64,000 nucleotides of DNA from an uncultured Gammaproteobacteria bacterium (GTDB lineage: Bacteria; Pseudomonadota; Gammaproteobacteria; UBA6002): positions 1-64,000 of the forward strand of contig CAVPKM010000020.1 of the NCBI GenBank assembly GCA_963705725.1, read 5' to 3'. Shown one piece after another: positions 8,985-17,750 of the stretch. A program made the translations under genes and the position numbers. Each line of letters starts with the position of its first letter. The first letter of the stretch is position 1. Under the pieces are notes generated by a model. It did no database searches. It was not told where the DNA came from and worked only from the letters and a program-made list of their open reading frames with translations.

Positions 8985-11900
8985 TTAAAATAAATTTTCT
9001 GGACAGCGAAATGTATTTAAAATACCTGAAATAAAGGGGTTAACGATTCCATTTGTATAGAGTTCATACTGAGCAACATTGTCATTTAAGCGAAAGCTCA
9101 ATTTGAAATGTTTGGAACTGGACGTGCTTTGTAACAAAGACTTATCTAAAATTCTAAACCAAGCCCAGGGGCCGGTTTGAGAAAGTGTTGAGCGTCGCCC
9201 CTGATTATCAAGGAAGGTAATTTCCGCCTGATTAGGGGAAGGTCCTGGCCAGGTGAGTGAAATGATTTGTTCATTATCCTTTTGAAATTGAAGAAGCTGC
9301 CCATCCAAATTTAATGAAAAACTTTGTACATGGGTTGGCAGTTCAACGGGAACCAATGAAAAGGAGATCGCGGGAAATTTTGTATTATTTGAGAAAAACA
9401 TTTTTTGTATTAATGCAGCGCGAATAAACATTTCTAAGGTCGCTTGCGGGATGTTAATGCGTTGTCCTTCCACATTTCTCCATTGCCAATAAAGCTCACT
9501 ACTATCGATAAAGGGCTCAAGATAGGTTTTAAAAAAGGTATCCATTGCTCCGCCATTACCAAAAAAGGTTGCAAAATCGGTTAGGGTGATGTCAGTGCTA
9601 GCCTCTTTAAAAAGTGGATAGCGTTGGTCGAGCAGAACATACTGAGGATAGACAGTCGTCACCCAAATTTGATTCAAATAATTTTGAGCCTGTTTTAAAA
9701 TGAGACGCCAACTTTCAGCTGCGATGGTGGTATGCCAAGATTGCAAGGGCTCTGGAAGAAAATGAGATTGCTGTAGCAATAAGGTAAGGGCATCGTAATG
9801 ATTTTCCATTCTCACCTTGGCCGCTTCATAGGCAGCACGATTTGGATCCGAACTATGAATAATTTTATGAATATACGTCTTAACCCCTAACAACGCCGCA
9901 TGATTAGTATTTTGTAGTCTATCTGCAGAGATCAAGTTGAGTGTTAAAAAGTGTCGACTGACTTGCTGGGAGAATTCTACCGAGTCAGATAAAGGTGCGG
10001 TGTTGTTTTTAATGGTATGGACTAATTGTAGAAGTGGAGATTTAGGGTTGCTGAGCAAATCTAACATTTCAGCAATTTGGTCAAGGCTTTGAAATTCTTC
10101 GGCCTTGATTTTTGATAATATATTTGACCAAGTAGAAGCATACTCATTGAGATAAAGCATTTTAACTTCACTCGATAATTGCGTCAAAAAAATATCTGAG
10201 AAGCCTGGTTGGGAGACAATACCGAGTACCCAATCCCCCTTGCTTATCTCTTGGCAAGTTTTATCAATCTCATGATAATAAATCTGCTTAAAATTCAAAA
10301 TGGAATAAATCCCTGAGATTTCACTTGGAAGATGGTTTAAATTATTTCCATGAAATTCAGACAGAATTTTAATGGGCGAGCCTTGAAAATGATTTTCTAG
10401 CAAGATAAGCACAAGTTTAGCAGGGGGAATGCTATTTAATGTTAGGCGTTTACTGTCGATTAATTGTGTGTTTAGTTCAATAGAAGGTAAATCGTTTTTT
10501 AATAAAGCCGAAAAATGCTGATTCAATTTTTTTAATTGCGAGCGATCAATGGAAAGTTGGTGCCAGTAATTATCAAACCAATTTTGTAAAAATTTTTTGT
10601 CGAGATGATGGTGGTCCGCTAACATTAAATAAGCTTTTAATGCTGCGTACACCTGAGTTACCTCTTCTGTTTGGATATTTTGTAGTTGGATTTCAAGCGT
10701 TCTCTGCAGATAATCTAGAAATTGAGTTTTAAGCTGTTTATCGTAGATAATTGACGCTTTACGTTGAAGCTGTTGCGTTTGAAATAGGGGGAATTGTTGA
10801 TACCAGGCGCCTTGATTTTTATATGCCAAGTTATTTAAAACGGTTTGCAGGCGATCTAATTCTCCGTTTGGATTGGTATTAGCATGAGACAACCTTCCTT
10901 GTTGCAAAACATGGGTGGCAATTTGAAGTGTCTTTAAATTGAACTGGTAGCTGCTGCATAAAATAAAAAAACAGCAGGTGGTTAATACGAGGAGGGTTAA
11001 GCTGGTAAAAAAATTAATTTTTCCTGGCTGTTGATGGGTGGAGAAATAACTGGTTTCTTGAAAAATAATGCGTTTAAAAATTTGTTTAATAAAAAAATCT
11101 TTTGCAGGCGCCAAACGAAAGCCGGAGTGGGTGTGATGAACATCATAAGCAGTGGCAAGCGTTTTGGTTAAATTATTAAACGGCGTTTCCTTTTGAAAAG
11201 CGCTGGTAAAATAAATTCCGCGTAATTGACAACTTGCGGGAGGAAGAATCAGGGTCAGTAGCTTGGCCAGTGGATTTTTTAAAAATTCAATTTGAAGTGG
11301 GAAATTTTTAATTTTTCCAATTTTTTCTAAATGATGTTCTTTATTTAACCGCCAAATAATTCTTTGATTTAGTCTTGTTAATAGCGCTTGGTATTCCTCA
11401 TTAAAAAGTTCTGGCAGTGAACCCGCATCTGCCTCTAACGGAAAACTCATGCCAAAAATTTGATTTCTTTCTTCGGGACCAAGATCTTCAAAAAATTCTG
11501 CGAAACCTTCGATCGTATCGCAACGAGTAATGATTAAATAAATGGGAAAATGTTTAAATTGCTTAGTAAGTTCATCAATCGCTTCTCTTAAATTTTTAAT
11601 TTGTACTTGATCGCGCAAGTTAATGATTAATTCCTGTAAATTAACAGTGAGTATCAAACCATTAATAGGATGAAATTTTCGATAACGTCGCAATAATTGA
11701 AAAAATCTGCTGAGAAGGAGTGAAACAGTTTCTTCTTGGTTTTTAAAATAGCGCCCGCCCATATCAATAAAAATGGCGTCATCGCCCAGCCACCAATTAA
11801 CATATTTAGTGGGGGTAATCGTCATTGGAGGAAGATTATCCAAGCCTTTGAGATTAAGATCCGCCTTCTGTAAAAGTGTCGTTTTTCCTGAAGCGGTAGG

Positions 11901-12251
11901 ACCAAGCACCAGATACCAAGGTTTTCTATATTTAAATAAGAAAGATTTTATTTTATTTGAAAAAAGCACGCGCAGTACATTTTTTAAACCGATATGCAAA
12001 TTTGTTAATTCATTTTCAACTTCTGCTGGAAGTGGCAGATCTTTCGAAAAAAAAGTGAACTGCTTGCCATATTCAAAAGCAAGCAGGCCGAGGATCACAA
12101 GAAAACTGGTGATGACTCTAGTTAGAAATGATCCAAATGGCATCTTTCCCGCAATTGCTAGATAAGGACCCAGACACCAAATGCTGATAAAAGCAATCAA
12201 TGCGCTTAAAAGAAAATTTTTACCTTGGATAACTGCTAAACAGGATTTCAT
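8985..12251 (-). CDS. icmF: IcmF (TssM-homologous Dot/Icm accessory protein)
   Basis: N-terminal TMs, PWYLVLGPTASGKTTLL, INGLILTV, LRGIYFTS and C-terminal GPWAWFR; adjacent to dotU. Confidence 0.92.
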   Translation of the reverse strand: MKSCLAVIQGKNFLLSALIAFISIWCLGPYLAIAGKMPFGSFLTRVITSFLVILGLLAFEYGKQFTFFSKDLPLPAEVENELTNLHIGLKNVLRVLFSNKIKSFLFKYRKPWYLVLGPTASGKTTLLQKADLNLKGLDNLPPMTITPTKYVNWWLGDDAIFIDMGGRYFKNQEETVSLLLSRFFQLLRRYRKFHPINGLILTVNLQELIINLRDQVQIKNLREAIDELTKQFKHFPIYLIITRCDTIEGFAEFFEDLGPEERNQIFGMSFPLEADAGSLPELFNEEYQALLTRLNQRIIWRLNKEHHLEKIGKIKNFPLQIEFLKNPLAKLLTLILPPASCQLRGIYFTSAFQKETPFNNLTKTLATAYDVHHTHSGFRLAPAKDFFIKQIFKRIIFQETSYFSTHQQPGKINFFTSLTLLVLTTCCFFILCSSYQFNLKTLQIATHVLQQGRLSHANTNPNGELDRLQTVLNNLAYKNQGAWYQQFPLFQTQQLQRKASIIYDKQLKTQFLDYLQRTLEIQLQNIQTEEVTQVYAALKAYLMLADHHHLDKKFLQNWFDNYWHQLSIDRSQLKKLNQHFSALLKNDLPSIELNTQLIDSKRLTLNSIPPAKLVLILLENHFQGSPIKILSEFHGNNLNHLPSEISGIYSILNFKQIYYHEIDKTCQEISKGDWVLGIVSQPGFSDIFLTQLSSEVKMLYLNEYASTWSNILSKIKAEEFQSLDQIAEMLDLLSNPKSPLLQLVHTIKNNTAPLSDSVEFSQQVSRHFLTLNLISADRLQNTNHAALLGVKTYIHKIIHSSDPNRAAYEAAKVRMENHYDALTLLLQQSHFLPEPLQSWHTTIAAESWRLILKQAQNYLNQIWVTTVYPQYVLLDQRYPLFKEASTDITLTDFATFFGNGGAMDTFFKTYLEPFIDSSELYWQWRNVEGQRINIPQATLEMFIRAALIQKMFFSNNTKFPAISFSLVPVELPTHVQSFSLNLDGQLLQFQKDNEQIISLTWPGPSPNQAEITFLDNQGRRSTLSQTGPWAWFRILDKSLLQSTSSSKHFKLSFRLNDNVAQYELYTNGIVNPFISGILNTFRCPENLF

Positions 12252-13174
12252 TAGGATACTTCTACTTTGGAGGACACATTAACTGGACTAGATAAAAATG
12301 ACGATAAAAATTGATCGATAGGTTTTGCCACCTCCGCTAATTGAAAATAAAAATAACTAAATGTTGTTGATAAAATAAGCAGCATCACCACACTTAATAC
12401 CCAAGTAGGGAGAGTGAAATGTGAGTACAATTTTTGTTTTATTGGATAATGATGATTAAAATGGTCAAGCGTGACCAGTAAGCTTCTGGTAAATTCATCT
12501 CGGTGTTGGCTGATAATATAATAAAGCTGATCGTTGATATTTCTTAGTTCTAAATGGCCCTTTTCAAGTTTTCGGTAACGTCCTTCATAACCAAGACGCA
12601 AACAAATATAAATGAGTTCTAGTAGGTCAATATTTTCGGCTGCATCTTGTAAGCTGGTTTCCAGAATTAAAAAAAATTTTTCTTCATTAGGGGGATCTAG
12701 TTGAAAATTCGCAACTAAACTATATTTTTCCCAGGTTAATTCTGGCCATAGCGTAATAGCAATGAGCTCGTCTAAAAGCGCACAAATCACAAATTTTGCA
12801 GCAAGGATGATGGAAGGTGGAAAGCCTAGCGTTTGCGCTTTATTTTCAAAAGCTTTAACTTCATGACAAATATTGCGATGTAACACATCGGCATCGGGCG
12901 GGATTGAAATTTTTCTCAGCATGGTGGCAAGGGTTAGCAAAGAATCGGCGGCATTGATCAGCTGGTTAATGCTAACAGTATTCAGTAACCCTTTTGATCG
13001 ATAGTAGGTTGGGATGTTGACTGGGATAAGTGATTGATTATTTTGTTCCGGATAGATTTGCGCCGGAATAGAGTCATCCTCTTCTAATTCAATGATAGAG
13101 TTAGCCCAATTTTCAATTTTTAATTCATAATCTTTTTCCATTAATTTACATTCACTTTCTTCGCAAAACTTCAT
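12251..13174 (-). CDS. icmH: IcmH/DotU (TssL-homologous)
   Basis: KFVICALLDE, EKFF, LLELIYICLRLGYEGRY, C-terminal TM; translationally coupled to icmF. Confidence 0.92.
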   Translation of the reverse strand: MKFCEESECKLMEKDYELKIENWANSIIELEEDDSIPAQIYPEQNNQSLIPVNIPTYYRSKGLLNTVSINQLINAADSLLTLATMLRKISIPPDADVLHRNICHEVKAFENKAQTLGFPPSIILAAKFVICALLDELIAITLWPELTWEKYSLVANFQLDPPNEEKFFLILETSLQDAAENIDLLELIYICLRLGYEGRYRKLEKGHLELRNINDQLYYIISQHRDEFTRSLLVTLDHFNHHYPIKQKLYSHFTLPTWVLSVVMLLILSTTFSYFYFQLAEVAKPIDQFLSSFLSSPVNVSSKVEVS

Positions 13175-13210
13175 GTTATTGTCCGAAAAACTTGCATAAA
13201 GGTATAAACA

Positions 13211-14494
13211 CTACTTGGATTCTAGTGCGCGATAGCCGATGTCCGTTCGATAATAAATATTCTCCCATTCAATTGGCGCCGCGACTTGATAGGCTTTTTT
13301 TTGCGCTTCTTCAATGGTTTCTCCTAATGCGGTCACACAAAGAACTCTGCCGCCAGAGGTAACAAATTGACCATTTTCCATTGCAGTGCCTGCATGAAAA
13401 ATTTTCCAATTCTCATGATGTTCATGGCTTAAACCATGGATAATATCGCCTTTTCGATAGTTATCTGGATAACCTCCTGCAGCAAGTACAACGCTAAGCG
13501 CGGGTCTTTCATCCCATTCAATCTTTGCTTGATCTAGTTCTTTATCCATGGCCTTTAGGCATAGTTCGACTAAATCGGATTTTAATCGCATTAATATGGC
13601 TTGCGTTTCTGGATCACCTAGCCTGCAATTATATTCAAGTACTTTCGGCGCGCCTTCTGGGGTGATCATAATTCCTGCATAAAGGAAACCTACGTAAGGA
13701 TGGCCAATTTTTGTCATCCCTTGTAGTGTCGGTAACAAAATTTCATTCATAATGCGATCTTGAAGTGGCTTGTCGAGATTGCATGCAGGGGAGTAGGCTC
13801 CCATTCCTCCTGTATTTGGACCTTTGTCTTCGTTATCCCTAGTTTTATGATCTTGAGAACTTGCAAGTGGTAGAATATGTGAGCCATCTACCAGCGCAAT
13901 AAAACTTGCTTCAGAACCTTCTAAAAATTCTTCTATGATAATGCATTGACCCGATGAACCAAATACATTCCCAATAAGCATATCTTCGGCAGCAGTAATG
14001 GCTTCTTCCTTGCTTTGTGCGATAATGACACCCTTGCCTGCAGCCAAGCCATCAGCTTTGATGACCATTTTTGAGTTTGGCGAGCGATTAATATAGTCAA
14101 TCGCCTCATCTATTTTGGTGAAGGCTGCGTAGTTTGCACTTGGGATATTAAACCGTTGCATAAATTGCTTGCTAAAATGTTTGGAAGCTTCAAGTTGAGC
14201 CGCTGCCCGAGTCGGACCAAAACAACGTATCTTTTCTTTTTGAAAAAGATCGGTAATGCCGGCCGCAAGCGGTGCTTCCGGACCTATAATAACTAAATCA
14301 ATTTTTTGATCTTTAGCAAATTTTAATAGATGAGGCAGGTTTGTGCTGCTGATATTGATATTTTCTGTTTTTTCTTCAATTGCCGTTCCAGCATTTCCGG
14401 GAGCGACGTAGATCTGGTTAACAAGCGGAGACTGCGCTACTTTCCATGCTAAAGCATGTTCACGACCGCCACTTCCAATGATTAATAGTTTCAT
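13211..14494 (-). CDS. purD: Phosphoribosylamine--glycine ligase
   Basis: IGSGGREHALAWK, KADGLAAGKGV, GPNTGGMGAYSP, EYNCRLGDPE. Confidence 0.98.
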   Translation of the reverse strand: MKLLIIGSGGREHALAWKVAQSPLVNQIYVAPGNAGTAIEEKTENINISSTNLPHLLKFAKDQKIDLVIIGPEAPLAAGITDLFQKEKIRCFGPTRAAAQLEASKHFSKQFMQRFNIPSANYAAFTKIDEAIDYINRSPNSKMVIKADGLAAGKGVIIAQSKEEAITAAEDMLIGNVFGSSGQCIIIEEFLEGSEASFIALVDGSHILPLASSQDHKTRDNEDKGPNTGGMGAYSPACNLDKPLQDRIMNEILLPTLQGMTKIGHPYVGFLYAGIMITPEGAPKVLEYNCRLGDPETQAILMRLKSDLVELCLKAMDKELDQAKIEWDERPALSVVLAAGGYPDNYRKGDIIHGLSHEHHENWKIFHAGTAMENGQFVTSGGRVLCVTALGETIEEAQKKAYQVAAPIEWENIYYRTDIGYRALESK

Positions 14495-14563
14495 CTTTCA
14501 TTCTCTGATTATAATTAACAGCTTGACCGAGGATTATACCTGAGAACCTTCAGGTTTTCAGGT

Positions 14564-16138
14564 TCAGTGCTTAAAATGCCGCAAACCCGTAAAGACCATT
14601 GTCATCTGATACTGATTTGCTGCTTCGATCACCTCTTTATCTCGTATCGAGCCACCTGGCTGAATAATAGCGGTGATACCTAGGGCATGTGCTTCTTCAA
14701 CGCTGTCTGCAAATGGGAAGAAAGCATCCGATGCCATTGATGCATCTTTCAAGCTGAAACCTGCTTCCTTGGCTTTTAATGCAGCGATTTTAGTACTAAA
14801 AACACGGCTCATTTGTCCAGGACCAATGCCCAATGTGACCTCGTCTTTAGCAAAAACAATGGCATTGGATTTAATAAATCGTACAACCTGCCAGGCGAAT
14901 AATAAATCTTGCATTTCTGAGCTAAGAGGCTGGCGTTCACTGACTACTTCGATATGCTTAGGTGTTGGCAAATTATCGCGTTCTTGAATGAGTATTCCGC
15001 CAGTCACGCTTTTCAGTTCTAATGAGTGAGATTGCTGCTCAAATTTTCCAGCAGTGAGTAAACGAATATTAGGTTTTTGCTGGACTTTTTTGATCACTTC
15101 TTCCGATATTTCTGGTGCAATAATGACTTCTACAAATTGATTTTGCAGTATGGCAGAAATCGTTTTTAGTTCAAGTGGATGATTAAATGCAAGAATGGCA
15201 CCAAATGCTGAAGTTGAATCAGCGTGATAGGCTTTTTGGTAGGCCTCAACCTGAGTCTTAGCAATGGCAACGGCACAGGGGTTAGCATGTTTGACGATGA
15301 CGCAAGCCTGGCCCTTAAATTGCTTTACGCATTCAAGTGCGCAATCGGCATCGGCAATATTATTATAAGAAAGCGCCTTGCCGGTGACTTGCCTAGCATG
15401 GCTAATCGTTCCTGTTAGCGCCTGCTCTGTCACATAGAAGGCGGCTTGCTGATGAGGATTCTCGCCATATCTTAAAGTCAATTTTTTTTTCATCTGCAAT
15501 ACAAAGTTTTCGTGAAACAGTGGGTCAGCAGGATTAGATTGTTCTGAAAAATATTCTGCGATCGCAATGTCATATTGCGCCACATGCTGAAAGACTTTTT
15601 TTGCTAAATTAAATCGGGTTGCCAGACTAATTTGACCATTGATTTGTAATTCTTTCAAAAGGGGAGGATAGTCTTCTTGAGAAACCACGCCGGCGGTGTA
15701 TTGATAGTTCTTTGCCGCTGCCCGCAATAAGGTGGGACCGCCAATATCAATTTGTTCAATGGCTACTTCCAAGCTGCAATTGGGATTTTCAATGGTTGCT
15801 TTGAAAGGATACAGATTGACTACAACCAGGCCAATTGGGATGAAATTTTGTTTTTTTAAGGTATTTTTGTCTGCTTCACCGCGAGCTAAAATGCCAGCGT
15901 ACAATTTTGGATGTAGCGTTTTTACTCGACCCTCTAACATTTCGGGAAATCCCGTAAACGAGGAAATATCTTGCACCGGGATGTTTGCTTCTTTTAGCGT
16001 GTTAGCCGTGCCGCCTGTTGAAAGAATTTTGATGCCAAGTTGAGTTAATCCATTGGCTAATTCAACAATCCCTGTTTTATCCGATACGCTAAGAAGCGCA
16101 TATTCAATTTGTGTGGAATTGGAATTATTCATTTTCAA
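14564..16138 (-). CDS. purH: Bifunctional AICAR transformylase/IMP cyclohydrolase
   Basis: [49 protein letters not shown]. Confidence 0.98.
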   Translation of the reverse strand: MKMNNSNSTQIEYALLSVSDKTGIVELANGLTQLGIKILSTGGTANTLKEANIPVQDISSFTGFPEMLEGRVKTLHPKLYAGILARGEADKNTLKKQNFIPIGLVVVNLYPFKATIENPNCSLEVAIEQIDIGGPTLLRAAAKNYQYTAGVVSQEDYPPLLKELQINGQISLATRFNLAKKVFQHVAQYDIAIAEYFSEQSNPADPLFHENFVLQMKKKLTLRYGENPHQQAAFYVTEQALTGTISHARQVTGKALSYNNIADADCALECVKQFKGQACVIVKHANPCAVAIAKTQVEAYQKAYHADSTSAFGAILAFNHPLELKTISAILQNQFVEVIIAPEISEEVIKKVQQKPNIRLLTAGKFEQQSHSLELKSVTGGILIQERDNLPTPKHIEVVSERQPLSSEMQDLLFAWQVVRFIKSNAIVFAKDEVTLGIGPGQMSRVFSTKIAALKAKEAGFSLKDASMASDAFFPFADSVEEAHALGITAIIQPGGSIRDKEVIEAANQYQMTMVFTGLRHFKH

Positions 16139-16436
16139 GATGATATTGTTTTAATTTTTTACGTAGGGTTCCCCGACTCAACCCAAGTAACTTAGCTGCC
16201 TTGCTTTGATTATTTTTAGTCAACTTCATCACAACATCTAGCAGGGGCGCTTCGATTTCTTCTAACACCAGCCCATAGAGGTTAATAGGGTATTGGCCAT
16301 CTAAATGTAATAAATAGTTTTCAAGCGCTTTTTTTACTGATTCCCTTAGCGGGGGATTCTTAGGAACTGACTTCAATTCTTCATCGCGTTCAGCAAGTGC
16401 TAGATGAGCGCTGTTCATTATTCTTTCCTTATTCAT
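16125..16436 (-). CDS. fis: DNA-binding protein Fis
   Basis: [14 protein letters not shown]...[23 protein letters not shown]; upstream of purH. Confidence 0.95.
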   Translation of the reverse strand: MNKERIMNSAHLALAERDEELKSVPKNPPLRESVKKALENYLLHLDGQYPINLYGLVLEEIEAPLLDVVMKLTKNNQSKAAKLLGLSRGTLRKKLKQYHLENE

Positions 16437-16469
16437 CTCGTTTGATAATTAGTAGGAATTGCTATAAGT

Positions 16470-16593
16470 TATACCATCAAAAAATGGATTTTGGTTAGGC
16501 GCGAGGATCCGGCTCTGAGCGAGTGTATAGATACATACATGACCGAAGAGGAGCGGTGCTCGCAAACGCATAAAATTCATTCATGAAGGGTAT
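16470..16593. mobile_element. Family-A ERIC/IRU-like palindromic element (~124 bp)
   Basis: TATACCATC..AATGGATTTT ... AAAATTCATTCATGAAGGGTAT; inverted relative to the 8680 copy. Confidence 0.7.
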
Positions 16594-16668
16594 GGGTGCC
16601 GCGATTATAGCATCTGTGTTTAGCTACACAAAATTTTATTTCCCCCATTTTATTAGGCAGCGCATTTT

Positions 16669-17712
16669 TTGAAAAAAAACAAAATTATTAAAAAATTGTC
16701 AACTATGCTGGACCAAGAAAATCCTAGCGAAGAAGAATTATTAATATTAGATAAAATATCAAGAGACTATCCTTTTCAAATTACTTCCATTCTTGTGGAG
16801 CAAATGGATAAAAATGACTTAACTGATCCAATCAGAAAGCAATTCATTCCTGATGCTTTGGAGCTCATTGAGAGCGAACAAGAATTGGCCGATCCAATTG
16901 GGGATAAAGTGCACGAAAAAGTAAAAGGATTAATTCACCGCTATCCAGATCGTTGCTTGTTGAAGCTTTCAAGTATTTGTCCGGTTTATTGTCGTTTTTG
17001 TTTTAGAAAGGAAATGATTGGACCCGGCACTTCTTGCCTAACTCAGAAAGAAATTGACCAATCGCTCAAGTACATCGCTCAACACCAAGAAATCTGGGAA
17101 GTCATTTTAACCGGTGGAGATCCACTTATTCTGAAACCAAAACAATTGGCCAGATTTTTTTCTAAATTAGCCAAGATTAACCACGTTGCTGTAGTGCGTA
17201 TTCATACCCGAATACCGGTTGTGGATCCTGGTCGCATTACGACCGAGCTAATAGAGACTTTAAAAATAAATCCTGTCGTTTATGTGATCCTGCACGCCAA
17301 TCATGTGAATGAATTTTCTGAAGAAGCGTTGGCCGCTTGCGCTGCCTTAATTGATGCCGGCATTCCAATGTTAAGCCAATCGGTATTGCTGAAAGGCATT
17401 AACGATAATGAAAAGGCCTTAAGTGAGCTCATGAAATTATTTGTTAAAAATAGAATTAAACCGCATTACCTCCATCAGCTTGATAAAGTTAAAGGAACGC
17501 GTCATTTCCATGTCCCTATTAAAGAAGGGCAACGTTTAATGCGCTACCTACAAGGCCGGTTTTCTGGACTTTGCCAACCTACTTATATGCTCGATATTCC
17601 GGGTGGTTACGGAAAAATGCCGATCGGACCTTGCTATTTTGTGGACCAAGATGAGAACTGGTTAGTCCAGGATTACCTGGGTGAGTGGCATGTTTATCGT
17701 GAACTAATATAA
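16669..17712 (+). CDS. Lysine 2,3-aminomutase family radical-SAM protein (KamA/EpmB-like)
   Basis: HRYPDR, CPVYCRFCFRKE, ILTGGDPL, RIHTR, QSVLLKGIND, DIPGGYGK. Confidence 0.93.
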   Translation: MKKNKIIKKLSTMLDQENPSEEELLILDKISRDYPFQITSILVEQMDKNDLTDPIRKQFIPDALELIESEQELADPIGDKVHEKVKGLIHRYPDRCLLKLSSICPVYCRFCFRKEMIGPGTSCLTQKEIDQSLKYIAQHQEIWEVILTGGDPLILKPKQLARFFSKLAKINHVAVVRIHTRIPVVDPGRITTELIETLKINPVVYVILHANHVNEFSEEALAACAALIDAGIPMLSQSVLLKGINDNEKALSELMKLFVKNRIKPHYLHQLDKVKGTRHFHVPIKEGQRLMRYLQGRFSGLCQPTYMLDIPGGYGKMPIGPCYFVDQDENWLVQDYLGEWHVYRELI

Positions 17713-17750
17713 ATAGCGTTAAGCCCATTCCGTAGTTGTAGTCATCATAG

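Noticed and set aside
8985-13174. Type VI secretion system (TssM/TssL)
   Set aside because: No other T6SS genes are nearby; the icmF/dotU pair next to icmB is the normal Dot/Icm arrangement.
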